This document shows, in pieces, positions 29,913 through 39,789 of a stretch of DNA of 64,000 bases. The notes under the pieces are model-generated. The model was not told the DNA's origin. It saw nothing but the letters and a program-made list of their open reading frames with translations, and did no database searches. Source of the stretch: Deltaproteobacteria bacterium (GTDB taxonomy: Bacteria > Desulfobacterota > Desulfobacteria > Desulfobacterales > QNYZ01); contig QNYZ01000036.1 of the NCBI GenBank assembly GCA_003973265.1, positions 3,434 to 67,433 of the forward strand, given 5' to 3'. Position 1 is the stretch's first letter. The number at the start of each line of letters is the position of its first letter. Position numbers and translations under genes: made by a program.

Positions 29913-30803
29913 ATGTTTGAACAACTGATCAACGGCCTGACCCAGGGAAGCGTATACGCGTTGCTGGCACTGGGATTTACCCTGATTTTCGGCACCCTTC
30001 GGATGGTGACTTTCGCCCATGGCGAAATCTATATGATCGGGGCCTACGTCGGCTTTGAGATGATCCGCCTGTTTGCGCCCAGTTTTGTTCTGGCCATAAT
30101 GGCGGCCCTGGTGATCACGGCCATTCTCGGCGTCGTGGTGGAGATTCTTGCCTTTCACTTCCTGCGGGATGCGCCCCATGTCACCTCCCTGCTGGTGACC
30201 ATCGGGATATCCATCCTGCTGATCAACCTGACTCAACTGATCTGGGGGCCCGAAACAAAATCGATTCCCTACGCGCTGCTCGATAAGCTGGATTATGGCG
30301 AGTTTGAGGTCTGGGGGGTCTATATCACCTATCTTCAGATTGCCGTGCTGACGGTAACCGTACTCCTCATGGCCTTTTTATATCTCCTGATTAATAGAAC
30401 AAAACTGGGAATGGTCATCCGGGCCACGGCCCAGGATTACGAGGCGGCCTATGCCATGGGGGTCAATGTCAACGTGGTTTTTTCCACGGCGTTTGCCATC
30501 GGCTCCATGCTGGGCGGCGTGGCGGGAGTCCTTATCGGTGTGTATTACAATCTTTTTTATCCGACCATGGGCCAGCTCTACGGCCTGAAAGCCTTTTCCG
30601 CCAGTGTGGTCGGCGGCCTGATGAGCCTGCCCGGCTCGGTGGTGGCCGGTCTGCTGATCGGTGTTGTGGAAACCTTTGCGGTGGAACTCGGCGCCTCCAG
30701 TATGCGCCATATGGTTTCTTTTTTATTTATGATTCTGATCCTGCTGATTCGCCCGGGCGGATTGTTTGGCGGCAGGGAACTCATTCAGGCCCGGGGGGAT
30801 TGA
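29913..30803 (+). CDS. LIV-type ABC permease (LivH-like)
   Basis: QLINGLTQGSVYALLALG, FAHGEIYMIGAY. Confidence 0.9.
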   Translation: MFEQLINGLTQGSVYALLALGFTLIFGTLRMVTFAHGEIYMIGAYVGFEMIRLFAPSFVLAIMAALVITAILGVVVEILAFHFLRDAPHVTSLLVTIGISILLINLTQLIWGPETKSIPYALLDKLDYGEFEVWGVYITYLQIAVLTVTVLLMAFLYLLINRTKLGMVIRATAQDYEAAYAMGVNVNVVFSTAFAIGSMLGGVAGVLIGVYYNLFYPTMGQLYGLKAFSASVVGGLMSLPGSVVAGLLIGVVETFAVELGASSMRHMVSFLFMILILLIRPGGLFGGRELIQARGD

Positions 30804-31816
30804 TGCCGACTTTCATCCGCACACTACTGGCCAATCTCCCCCATATTGCACTACTCGCTCTTGCCTTGATTCTACCGGCCATTATTAAAAATCAGTATCA
30901 CCTTCAGGTCGTCATTTTCATCGGGATCTATGCTATCCTGGTATTAAGTCTCAACCTGCTCAACGGTTATGTCGGTCTTTTATCCATTGGACACGCGGCT
31001 TTTTACGGAATCGGCGCCTATGCCTCGGCCAAGCTGATGATGGAAGCAGGCCTGAACTTTCCCCTGGCCATGTCTGGCGCCGGACTTATCTCTGCCGGAT
31101 TCGGGTATCTGCTCGCCAAGCCCACATTAAAGTTGTCCGGTATCTACCTGACCCTGGCCACACTCGGATTCAACATGATCCTGTTTCTGGTGCTTCAAAG
31201 CTGGATGCGCTTTACCAATGGCCCGCTGGGCATTATGTCCATTCCCGCACCATCTGTTTTTGGCTGGGAGATCACCGAAAAGGTCGATTACTACTACCTG
31301 ATTCTATTCCTGGTCGTCATGACCCTGTTCAGTATGCAGCGCCTGCTGAAATGCCGTTTCGGCCGGGCCCTTCTCGCCATCCGGGAAGACCAGCTGGCAG
31401 CCGAAGCCATGGGGGTTCACGCGGCCCGGTATAAAACCCAGGCGTTTGTTCTGGCCGCCTTTTACGCCGGAATCGCCGGCAGTTTTTATGCCCATTTTGT
31501 CAAATTCATCAGTCCGGACAGTTTTTATATTAATGAATCGTTCATCCTGCTGGCCATGCTGGCCCTGGGCGGCCAGGGAAACCTGATCGGCCCGGTGGTC
31601 GGTGCCGCCATCCTGATCCTGGTACCGGAAATATTTCGATCTCTGCAGGAATATCGAATGATCGTATACGGCAGTGTCCTGGTAATCATGATGCTGGTAC
31701 GCCGGCAGGGCCTTTTGGGCGGCAAAGCGTATAGTCTGCGCCTGTCATACTTTGACAAGAAAAAGGAAAAAGAATACATCCGGGGCGATAAATTTCTTCC
31801 CGAAGAACAGGGTTAG
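30803..31816 (+). CDS. LIV-type ABC permease (LivM-like)
   Basis: LSIGHAAFYGIGAY, YLTLATLGF, GRALLAIRED. Confidence 0.9.
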   Translation: MPTFIRTLLANLPHIALLALALILPAIIKNQYHLQVVIFIGIYAILVLSLNLLNGYVGLLSIGHAAFYGIGAYASAKLMMEAGLNFPLAMSGAGLISAGFGYLLAKPTLKLSGIYLTLATLGFNMILFLVLQSWMRFTNGPLGIMSIPAPSVFGWEITEKVDYYYLILFLVVMTLFSMQRLLKCRFGRALLAIREDQLAAEAMGVHAARYKTQAFVLAAFYAGIAGSFYAHFVKFISPDSFYINESFILLAMLALGGQGNLIGPVVGAAILILVPEIFRSLQEYRMIVYGSVLVIMMLVRRQGLLGGKAYSLRLSYFDKKKEKEYIRGDKFLPEEQG

Positions 31817-31825
31817 TATAAAAAC

Positions 31826-32605
31826 ATGATGCCGCTTCTGGAAATTAAAAACGTCACCAAGGATTTTGGCGGACTTAAGGCCCTGCACGAGGTATCAATG
31901 CAGGTCAATGCCGGCGAAATTGTCAGCCTGATCGGACCTAACGGTGCCGGTAAAACCACATTGTTTAACTGTATTACGGGAACCATGCCCCCCTCTTCCG
32001 GGCATGTCACCTTCGAAGATAAACCGCTGGATAACCTGCCGCCCTATGAAGTAGCGGCCAAAGGTGTGACCCGCACCTTTCAGCATATCCGCCTGTTCAA
32101 CCAGATGACAGTCCTGGACAATGTCATGGTGGGTAACGATCATCGGGGCCGGACCGGTATTTTCAGCGCCCTTATCCGCCCGCCCTGGGTGGCGCGGGAA
32201 GAAAGAAAAACCCGCCAAAAAAGCCTCGACATTTTGTCGCTCTTTGGAGAACGGCTACTTCCCCGACTGAACCAGCAGGCCTGCATGTTGTCGTATGCCA
32301 ACCGCCGCCGGCTTGAAATTGCCCGGGCCCTGGTATCCGGTCCCAAACTACTGCTTTTGGACGAACCCACGGCCGGGATGAACCCCCACGAAACCCAGGG
32401 AATTGTCGATCTGATCCGTCTCATTCGCGACCGGGGACATTCCATCCTGGTTATTGAACATAAAATGAAAGTGGTCATGACGGTGTCGGACCGGATCGTG
32501 GTTCTGGATCACGGCAAAAAAATTGCCGAAGGTCTTCCGGACGAGATCGCCCACAACCAGGAAGTCATTGATGCCTACATGGGAGGCCGCCGTGTTGGAA
32601 ATTAG
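31826..32605 (+). CDS. LIV-type ABC ATP-binding protein (LivG-like)
   Basis: GPNGAGKTT, RTFQHIRLF, LLDEPTAGMN. Confidence 0.9.
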   Translation: MMPLLEIKNVTKDFGGLKALHEVSMQVNAGEIVSLIGPNGAGKTTLFNCITGTMPPSSGHVTFEDKPLDNLPPYEVAAKGVTRTFQHIRLFNQMTVLDNVMVGNDHRGRTGIFSALIRPPWVAREERKTRQKSLDILSLFGERLLPRLNQQACMLSYANRRRLEIARALVSGPKLLLLDEPTAGMNPHETQGIVDLIRLIRDRGHSILVIEHKMKVVMTVSDRIVVLDHGKKIAEGLPDEIAHNQEVIDAYMGGRRVGN

Positions 32606-33302
32606 CCATATCGATACTTTTTACGGCCCCATTCAGGCGCTTAAAGATGTATCCCTGACCGTGAACGAGGGAGAGATTGTCTCTCTTTTGGGCGGTAATG
32701 CCTGTGGAAAATCCACCACCATGAAGGCAATCCTCGGCCTGGTAAAACCGAGAAACGGCCATATCACCTTTAACGGCCGTCGCATTGACCACCGTCCGCC
32801 GTCGGTGGTGGTCAAAGCCGGTATCTCACCTGTACTGGAAGCCCGCCGCCTGTTTCCCTACCTGACCGTACTCGAAAACCTGCGCATGGGCGCCTACACC
32901 CGCAGGGACAAAAACGGGATCCGGCAGGATATTGAACGGATGTACGACCTGTTCCCCATCGTTAAGGACCGCCGCTGCCAGGTGGCGTCCACCTTGAGCG
33001 GCGGTGAGCAGCAGATGGTTGCCATGGCCAGGGCCCTGATGGCCCGCCCGAAACTGTTAATCATGGACGAACCGTCCATGGGATTGTCGCCGTTGTTTGT
33101 CGAAAAGGTATTTGATATCATCGAGCAGGTCAATCAAAAGGAAGGCGTGGCCATCCTGCTGGTTGAACAAAACGCTAATATGGCCCTGTCCATAGCCTCG
33201 CGGGGATATGTGCTCCAGACCGGCGAAATTGTCCTTAAAGATACAGCCCGGAACCTATTGAACAACCCATTGATGCAAAAGGCGTATCTGGGCGTCGCTT
33301 GA
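32592..33302 (+). CDS. LIV-type ABC ATP-binding protein (LivF-like)
   Basis: GGNACGKST, LSGGEQQM, DEPSMGLSP; GTG start after GGAGG. Confidence 0.88.
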   Translation: MLEISHIDTFYGPIQALKDVSLTVNEGEIVSLLGGNACGKSTTMKAILGLVKPRNGHITFNGRRIDHRPPSVVVKAGISPVLEARRLFPYLTVLENLRMGAYTRRDKNGIRQDIERMYDLFPIVKDRRCQVASTLSGGEQQMVAMARALMARPKLLIMDEPSMGLSPLFVEKVFDIIEQVNQKEGVAILLVEQNANMALSIASRGYVLQTGEIVLKDTARNLLNNPLMQKAYLGVA

Positions 33303-33333
33303 TAGATCCTGTAATAGTAAAGAGGAGAACGAG

Positions 33334-34272
33334 ATGAATAAAATCGAAAGAGTTGATCATGTGCTGGCCGGACAAAAGGTGGACCACCCGCCCCTTTCCA
33401 TGTGGTATCATTTTGGGATACAGCACGGTTCCGGCGAGCAATTTGCCCGGATATCTCTAGAGTACTTTCATCACTATGACCTGGACTTTTTAAAAGTGAT
33501 GAACGACTACTTCTATCCGGCCCCTGAAGGGCTTGAAACAATCAAGTCTGCAGATGGTCTGAAACGTCTCCAGCCATTCGATATTGATAAAACCGACTGG
33601 CGGGAACAATTCAAAGCGCTCAAAGTCATCCAGCATGATCTGGATAAAAAAGCCTACTTCATTGACACGGTCTTTGATCCCTGGCAGAGCATCCGGCGCA
33701 ACATGGCCGGCGAAACGATCCACGACCTGATGGCCCGGTATCCCGATGATCTGCTTTCTGCACTCGATATCGTCGCCGATAACCTGATCGCCTATTGCAG
33801 GCGCTCCCTTGAACTTGGCAGTGCCGGCATCTTTTTGTCCATCGCGGCGGCCAGCGAAATTCTCAGCCGGGATGACTTTCTGAAATTTGTTAAACCACCG
33901 ACCATGAAGGTTTTTAAAGCCATCAAGGGCCTGGGAAAAATGAATACCATTCATGTTCATGGCAAAAACCTGTTCTTTAACGACTGCCTTGACTTTCCCG
34001 TGGATATTTTCAGCTGGTGGGACCGGGGCCCCAACGGCCCGTCTCTGGCATCGGTCAAAAAAAAGGTTTCCGCCTGTGTCATGGGCGGTATTGACCAGAC
34101 GATTGTCTGCCGCAAGAGCCCGGGATTTTTAAGGGAGCATGTCAAAGAGGGAATCCGGTTGGGCGGTGATCACCGGTTTTTTCTGGCCGGTGGCTGCAGC
34201 ATTGACGGGTGGACATACCCCGGGACCCTGCGCGCCATCGTTGAAACAGCGAAAGCTGCCTCTGCGCCCTGA
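33334..34272 (+). CDS. Uroporphyrinogen decarboxylase-like (URO-D/CIMS) TIM-barrel protein, function unknown
   Basis: ERVDHVLAGQKVDHPP, WYHF, DFLKVMND, TVFDPW, GSAGIFL, VMGGID, FLAGGCSI; lacks the HemE RQAGR motif. Confidence 0.8.
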   Translation: MNKIERVDHVLAGQKVDHPPLSMWYHFGIQHGSGEQFARISLEYFHHYDLDFLKVMNDYFYPAPEGLETIKSADGLKRLQPFDIDKTDWREQFKALKVIQHDLDKKAYFIDTVFDPWQSIRRNMAGETIHDLMARYPDDLLSALDIVADNLIAYCRRSLELGSAGIFLSIAAASEILSRDDFLKFVKPPTMKVFKAIKGLGKMNTIHVHGKNLFFNDCLDFPVDIFSWWDRGPNGPSLASVKKKVSACVMGGIDQTIVCRKSPGFLREHVKEGIRLGGDHRFFLAGGCSIDGWTYPGTLRAIVETAKAASAP

Positions 34273-34302
34273 ATGCGATTTTAGGGAATGAAATTATAGG
34301 CG

Positions 34303-35817
34303 ATGAATTTTCTGGTTATCGACTGCGGTACGTCATCCTGCCGTGCGGTGGTGATTTCAGGCTGCGGAAAAATCCGCTCCCAGACCCGCCTGCCGATCCG
34401 GATATCCAGGCCAGAGCCTCTCTTTGCCGAGATTGACACCGACGATCTCTGGCATCAGGTTCAACAACTCATCGCAACCGAAATTGAAAAAAATCCCGGC
34501 ATCTCTTTTGATGCCCTGGGCGTCAGCGCCATGCTGGGATATGTCTTTCTTGATAAAACCGACACGCCCCTGATGCCGGCGATCATTTACAGTGACAGCC
34601 GGGCCGTGGCAGAGTGCGAGGAGATCCGGGAACAGATCCCTGATAAGGTATTCTACGCGACAACCGGCCGTAGAATCAGCCCGTTTCTGCTGGCCCCCAA
34701 AATCAGATGGATGGCCAAATACAGACCGGAAATATTCAACCGTATTGAAACCATCGTCGGCCTTAAGGATGACATTGTCCGGCGGTTGACCGGTCAGATT
34801 CAGACCGATACTGCCCACCTTGATTATTCGGGGATGTACAATGTACATCAGGCAAGGCTGGACCCGGCGCTTCTCGATGCCCTCAAAATCGGCACGCATC
34901 TGTTTCCGTCGGTAAACTTACCGACCCGCATTGCCGGTACGCTGACTACCGATGCGGGTAAAAAGCTGAAACTGCCTCCGGGGACACCGGTAGTAACGGG
35001 AAGTACTGACGGGACTACGGCCATGTACGGTGCGGGTGTACTGGAAGAGGGAAATGCCGTTCTGGTTTCCGGGACCACGGATGTACTGATGCTCGGTGCC
35101 GACAGAGCCATTGACGATGATACCGGCACTTTGAATCTGAATACCGGTATTTTACCCGGCACGTTTCTGGTCGGCGGCCCTATGGGGTCATCGGGCGGGA
35201 CGCTCAACCGGTTCGAAAAGATGCTGGGATCCTCCGTGAACCAGCTGGCCGGGAAAATTACGGCCCTGCCGGCCGGTGCCGATGGTCTGCTCTTTTTCCC
35301 CGGATTAACCGGCGAACGGTCACCATATTGGAAAGCGTACCTGACTGGCGGGGTTGCAGGTCTGACGGCGACGCATCGCAAAGAACATCTGCTTCTGGCG
35401 ATTATGGAAGGATGCGCGTACAGGCTCGTAAGGCTTCTGGAAATACTGACCCAGAACGGTTTGTCCCCCCGGACATTGACCGTTGTGGGCGGCGGTGCCG
35501 GCAACGACATATGGAACCAGATCCGGGCCGACGTTACCGGCCGAAAGGTACTGAAACCTGCGGTGACCGAGGCCACCAGTTTAGGCACGGCACTTTTCTG
35601 CAATGCCGCACTGGACACCCGCCGGACATTGAAAGAAATAACCGCATCCTGGCAGGCGGATTCGACCCGCTGCCTTCCCCGGAAAAACCGAACGGCTGCG
35701 TACCGCAAACTGGCACAGCTGTTTACCGCTTATATCGAAAATAATGAAACACTTTACAAACGTCTGGTCAGCCTGAGCCGGCACCCCGGCGGCAACGAAG
35801 AATGGAACGACCGATGA
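34303..35817 (+). CDS. FGGY-family carbohydrate kinase (xylulokinase-like)
   Basis: IDCGTSSCR, YSDSRA, SGTT, FFPGLTGERSPYW, VGGGAGNDIWNQIRADV. Confidence 0.9.
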   Translation: MNFLVIDCGTSSCRAVVISGCGKIRSQTRLPIRISRPEPLFAEIDTDDLWHQVQQLIATEIEKNPGISFDALGVSAMLGYVFLDKTDTPLMPAIIYSDSRAVAECEEIREQIPDKVFYATTGRRISPFLLAPKIRWMAKYRPEIFNRIETIVGLKDDIVRRLTGQIQTDTAHLDYSGMYNVHQARLDPALLDALKIGTHLFPSVNLPTRIAGTLTTDAGKKLKLPPGTPVVTGSTDGTTAMYGAGVLEEGNAVLVSGTTDVLMLGADRAIDDDTGTLNLNTGILPGTFLVGGPMGSSGGTLNRFEKMLGSSVNQLAGKITALPAGADGLLFFPGLTGERSPYWKAYLTGGVAGLTATHRKEHLLLAIMEGCAYRLVRLLEILTQNGLSPRTLTVVGGGAGNDIWNQIRADVTGRKVLKPAVTEATSLGTALFCNAALDTRRTLKEITASWQADSTRCLPRKNRTAAYRKLAQLFTAYIENNETLYKRLVSLSRHPGGNEEWNDR

Positions 35818-36326
35818 ATATCTATCTATGCGGAATGATCGGATCGGGAAAAACCACGATCGGCACCCCCCTGGCCAAAGAAACCGGCCGGGACTTTTTT
35901 GATCTGGACCAGGAGATGGACAAGCACCTTGGATATTCATTCCATCGCCTGGTCCGGGAAAAAGGGTGGGTCGCTTTCCGCGAGCTGGAATACGCCATCT
36001 GTAAGCGCTTTGCCCGGATGGATCATGCCCTTATCTGTCTGGGAGGGGGAACAGTACGCTATGAGTGGAATATGGATATCCTGCGCGGTACCGGCCTCTT
36101 TATTCTACTTACCGCCGGTCTTGACGAAATTATCCGGCGGGTGAAAATTGCCGACCGACCACGGGTGAATACCGGTACGACCCTGGAAGAAGATGTGCGC
36201 GCCATCTGGGCGGCATCTGAAAACAAATATATGGATGCCGCTGATATCGTCTATAAAACAGAGGGTAAATCCATCGGGCAATGCATTTCCGAATTAATAG
36301 CCATCATCGAAAAACATAACGGATAG
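35814..36326 (+). CDS. Shikimate kinase-like P-loop kinase
   Basis: GMIGSGKTT, DLD, FRELE, LGGG, DRP; translationally coupled (ATGA) to the FGGY gene. Confidence 0.82.
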   Translation: MNIYLCGMIGSGKTTIGTPLAKETGRDFFDLDQEMDKHLGYSFHRLVREKGWVAFRELEYAICKRFARMDHALICLGGGTVRYEWNMDILRGTGLFILLTAGLDEIIRRVKIADRPRVNTGTTLEEDVRAIWAASENKYMDAADIVYKTEGKSIGQCISELIAIIEKHNG

Positions 36327-36346
36327 AAGTTTAGACGGCAACCGGG

Positions 36347-36778
36347 TTATTGGGCGGATTTTCGGTTTGCCAGCTGGGTGCGTTCAGCGGACAGTTCATG
36401 GAGAAGCGAGGACAGCGTCCACTTTTCAGAGGTGGGGGTTAATGCTGCCCAGAGCGCCCCTTTCATCCCGGTCTTTCGACATATGTCCATCAACCGGTGC
36501 AATTGCTTTTCCATAATTCCCGACACAATGATCGCCCGGGGAAGATCCGAAGCCTCCCCCCGGCCATGCCCGCCGTCCAGCGCAAGTAATGTTCCCAGTC
36601 GCTGATCCTTCTGGCCGGCCATCGCCCAGACCACCGGGATGTCTGCCATATCGGCCATTTTTAACACGGTTAAAAATTTCGGCTGTGCTTCAGCAGAGAA
36701 CCCGCACACCAGCAGCCGCCTTGGCCCGTACATGGCCGTATCGGTCTGGGTAACTTTTTCAAAACCGGCATCATTCAT
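36347..36778 (-). CDS. DUF3783-like protein
   Basis: C-terminal WAALTPTSEKWTLSSLLHELSAER. Confidence 0.7.
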   Translation of the reverse strand: MNDAGFEKVTQTDTAMYGPRRLLVCGFSAEAQPKFLTVLKMADMADIPVVWAMAGQKDQRLGTLLALDGGHGRGEASDLPRAIIVSGIMEKQLHRLMDICRKTGMKGALWAALTPTSEKWTLSSLLHELSAERTQLANRKSAQ

Positions 36779-37017
36779 GGTTGCACCTATCTCCCAAATC
36801 AAAAAAAGTATCCATTTACACAGGACGACTTTCGGGCCTTTTTCAGCACGGGGCGACAGGCTGATCGCCGTACTTTTACATGCCCTTTGGACATTTCACC
36901 TGCCGGGGCCAGCCGAGCCCCCCCAATCAGGCCCTATTCCCTGATATCTCTATGTCCGGCCACCGGGGTTGCCGGATATATAAAAAGCGGATGCATATAA
37001 TCGATCCGTATTTCAAA

Positions 37018-37146
37018 TTAGAGGAAACCGCCACAATCGTCTTTAAAAACATACGAATTGATACCCGACGCCTGAAGTTTTCCGCCTGCAATCTCAGCTT
37101 CAAAATCACTGCTGAAATAGGAAATGGCTATGAGTGTGTCGGACAT
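37018..37146 (-). pseudogene. Truncated DUF2007-like small protein
   Basis: Manual translation MSDTLIAISYFSSDFEAEIAGGKLQASGINSYVFKDDCGGFL* stops at 42 aa. Confidence 0.6.
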
Positions 37147-37216
37147 AGTTATTCCATCGGTTATTTTTCTTAAATACTAAAACTCAAACGGCCAGCGGCA
37201 GCAATCTGGCGACCGA

Positions 37217-37702
37217 TTAGGCCGGGATATCAAGAATCGTCATCTCGTGCCCGGTGGCTTCCATAAAGCGCCTGATATCTTCCCTTGAGATTACCAGCGT
37301 ACTGGTGTTTACCAGCGGGTGAAAGAGGAAGGATCCCGATTTCCATAAATCTCTGTCGATAACCACTTCTACCGCCCGCTGCGCATCGTTGTAAACCGCC
37401 AGCAGGGATACAGCCCCCGGCATGACCCCCAGGTATTTTTTCAGCCGCCGGGGGGAACCGAAACTGATCCGCTTTATGCCTAACATATTCTTAAGCGCCT
37501 TGAGGTTGACCTTTTTATCGCTTCTCACCAGGACCAGGAAATGGCGTTTGCCCTTGTCGTCTCTTAAAAAGAGATTTTTAGTTTTTGCGCCCGGTAGTTC
37601 AGGTACCAGCCGGTCGGCTTCCTCGACAGTAAAGACAGCCGGGTGGTCATGCCTTGTATAGGTTATCTGGTGAGAATCAAGAAATTCATAAAATTCCGTC
37701 AT
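37217..37702 (-). CDS. ProX/PrdX (YbaK family) trans-editing aminoacyl-tRNA deacylase
   Basis: HPAVFTVEEA, KNLFLRD, LGVMPGAVS, FHPLVNTST. Confidence 0.9.
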   Translation of the reverse strand: MTEFYEFLDSHQITYTRHDHPAVFTVEEADRLVPELPGAKTKNLFLRDDKGKRHFLVLVRSDKKVNLKALKNMLGIKRISFGSPRRLKKYLGVMPGAVSLLAVYNDAQRAVEVVIDRDLWKSGSFLFHPLVNTSTLVISREDIRRFMEATGHEMTILDIPA

Positions 37703-38149
37703 TAAATTACCCTCTCTGGGGCTGGATCAAAACTTGCATGGTGACGATCTATCTTGAAATAATCCGCCACCCGCATAGTGATTTCAGAAAATATTTCACG
37801 GCACCGAATTCATAGATCCTGTCGACTACATGCCCTATTGTGTAATCAGAAAATTTCCATGGATATTTTTTTCTCCAGATTTATTTCTGTCTCCGGGTAC
37901 TTAAAGATATTATCCAGGCGATATAAAAGACTTCTTTCTGTTTATTGGCGAATACCTTCTACAGAAAACGACCCTTTGATTTGTCGTGCCTGCGGGCCCG
38001 GATCAAAGTCGATCCCGAAGTCTATTAAGGTTAACATACTGCTTATTGGAGAAGAAAGCGTAAGCAATATGCTGTTAAATAAAAATGGCGGCACTCGCCC
38101 CTGCCTTAGCTGAACTTGTTTTTTCATGCACGCCTGCCGAAAGGGCATG

Positions 38150-38602
38150 TTATGGCATGGTTGCCTTTCGAGCAAAATTCCCAAGTGCTTTTTCTATATT
38201 GGCAAGCACTTTATCACAGCCGGTAATCTCGTGTCGTTTCTTCAGGTAGATGGGGGTATTATAAGATAGCCATACCTGACCGTCGGCATCTTCCCAGATG
38301 AGCGCTTTTTGAGGAAGATCAATCGCCACACGTTGCGCACATTGCATCAAAGGTGTTCCTGCTTTTGGATTGCCAAATATAACGAGTTCAGTGGGCCGCA
38401 AGTCTTTGCCTACTTTTTTAGCTCCCCTGGAATGGTCGATCCGGATAAACACCGTCATGCCTTTTTCCTTCAGAACAGATTCAAGGCGATCGGCTGTCAT
38501 CTTGACGCCATGAGCGCTTTTTATGTTGATCAAGCCATCACTGCCGGCCAGAGCAGGTGAAACAAAGACAAACGCCAATAAAAAAATGAACAATGAGCGC
38601 AT
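38150..38602 (-). CDS. DUF302 domain periplasmic protein
   Basis: Signal peptide; FIRIDHS, IFGNPKAGTPLMQ, IDLPQKALIWED. Confidence 0.9.
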   Translation of the reverse strand: MRSLFIFLLAFVFVSPALAGSDGLINIKSAHGVKMTADRLESVLKEKGMTVFIRIDHSRGAKKVGKDLRPTELVIFGNPKAGTPLMQCAQRVAIDLPQKALIWEDADGQVWLSYNTPIYLKKRHEITGCDKVLANIEKALGNFARKATMP

Positions 38603-39003
38603 AATTTTCCTCCTTTTAATTTAAAGCCCTGTTACCAACCTTAATGCCTTTTTAAGGCATTGCAAGTCACACAATAGGTTCAGGCCCAGGTCAACAGGCG
38701 AAGCTTCATTCTGAATGGTGCCATCCCTTTACGAACTAAAGGCTGGAGTGAACGGATTGCCGGTACAAGGTACATGCGCCAGAACTGTCGGCTCGCACAG
38801 GTGCTGTTTGATGATGTCCTCATCAGGCCAGAGAGACAAAGAGGTATCTGGCATCTCACCACCCACACAGGGTATGGATAGAATACCTGCCAATGGCAAC
38901 CGGCAGCTATCCGGTGGGATAAAAGCCGGGTTTTGAGTTCGGCTCAACAAAAATATTCCGGGATATTCGTGACGATTGTGACGGTAATGCTTGCCGCCTG
39001 CTT

Positions 39004-39615
39004 TCAGATTTTCACCAGGTGGTATATCAGATCTACTGCCGCTTCCATCTCCAGCCGGCCCATGTTCAGCACGAGATGATAGAGGCTCGGGCTGTCGTAG
39101 TCCTGTTTTCCCAGTTTTCGGTAAAGGATCGAACGGCGACGATCCTCGGAATTGATCATCTGGATCGCCTGCCTTTCAGACAGCTTGTAATTTTTTTTCA
39201 AAAATTCGGTCCGGTTTTCAACATCGTTGATAAGCAGCACATGATAGGCATCCGGATGGTCATTCAGGACATACTGACTGCCCCTTCCCATAATCACCGC
39301 ATCGCCTTCATCCGCAATCTGGGCGATGATCAGCACAAGGTAGTCGATATAAATTTTCTCGTTCAAATAACCTCGTTTGCTTTTCGACACACGATCAGCC
39401 GGAGGCTGTGAAACCATTTTGGAAACCACCCGGCTCACGCGACTGTCGGCTTCATGTTCAAACGATGTCACCCAGTCAGTCGATACATTGGCTTCCCTGG
39501 CAATGCGCTGAATGATATCACTGTCAGCAAAAATATAATTTAATTTATCTGCCAGCAGCTTTCCCAGCGTTTTCCCGCCTGAACCATACTGCCTTGAAAT
39601 GGTAACGACTGCCAT
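39004..39615 (-). CDS. Cytidylate kinase-like family protein
   Basis: MAVVTISRQYGSGG, VIMGRGSQYVL, LYHLVLN. Confidence 0.88.
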   Translation of the reverse strand: MAVVTISRQYGSGGKTLGKLLADKLNYIFADSDIIQRIAREANVSTDWVTSFEHEADSRVSRVVSKMVSQPPADRVSKSKRGYLNEKIYIDYLVLIIAQIADEGDAVIMGRGSQYVLNDHPDAYHVLLINDVENRTEFLKKNYKLSERQAIQMINSEDRRRSILYRKLGKQDYDSPSLYHLVLNMGRLEMEAAVDLIYHLVKI

Positions 39616-39789
39616 CAAAATCTCCTTGTTTTCACCATTGTTTTTTGTGCCGGACTGAATAAAGCAGGTTGAAATCGATGATTTTTCCGCCAGGATTTGC
39701 GGGGCGCTGCACGGCAGCTTTTCCCGCCAGATGCTTTTGATAGAGGCTCCCGCCACACTCATCGTTGCCTGTATTTACAGGCCTGCGTT

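Noticed and set aside
36810..36930. Several small hairpins and a 16-codon ORF upstream of the DUF3783 gene
   Set aside because: No riboswitch consensus recognised; short GC stems are expected by chance.
37850..38040. Minus-strand frame interrupted by one stop, possible pseudogene
   Set aside because: Could not be assigned to any protein family.
38680..38950. Overlapping short ORFs, possible gene remnant
   Set aside because: No recognisable motif in any frame.
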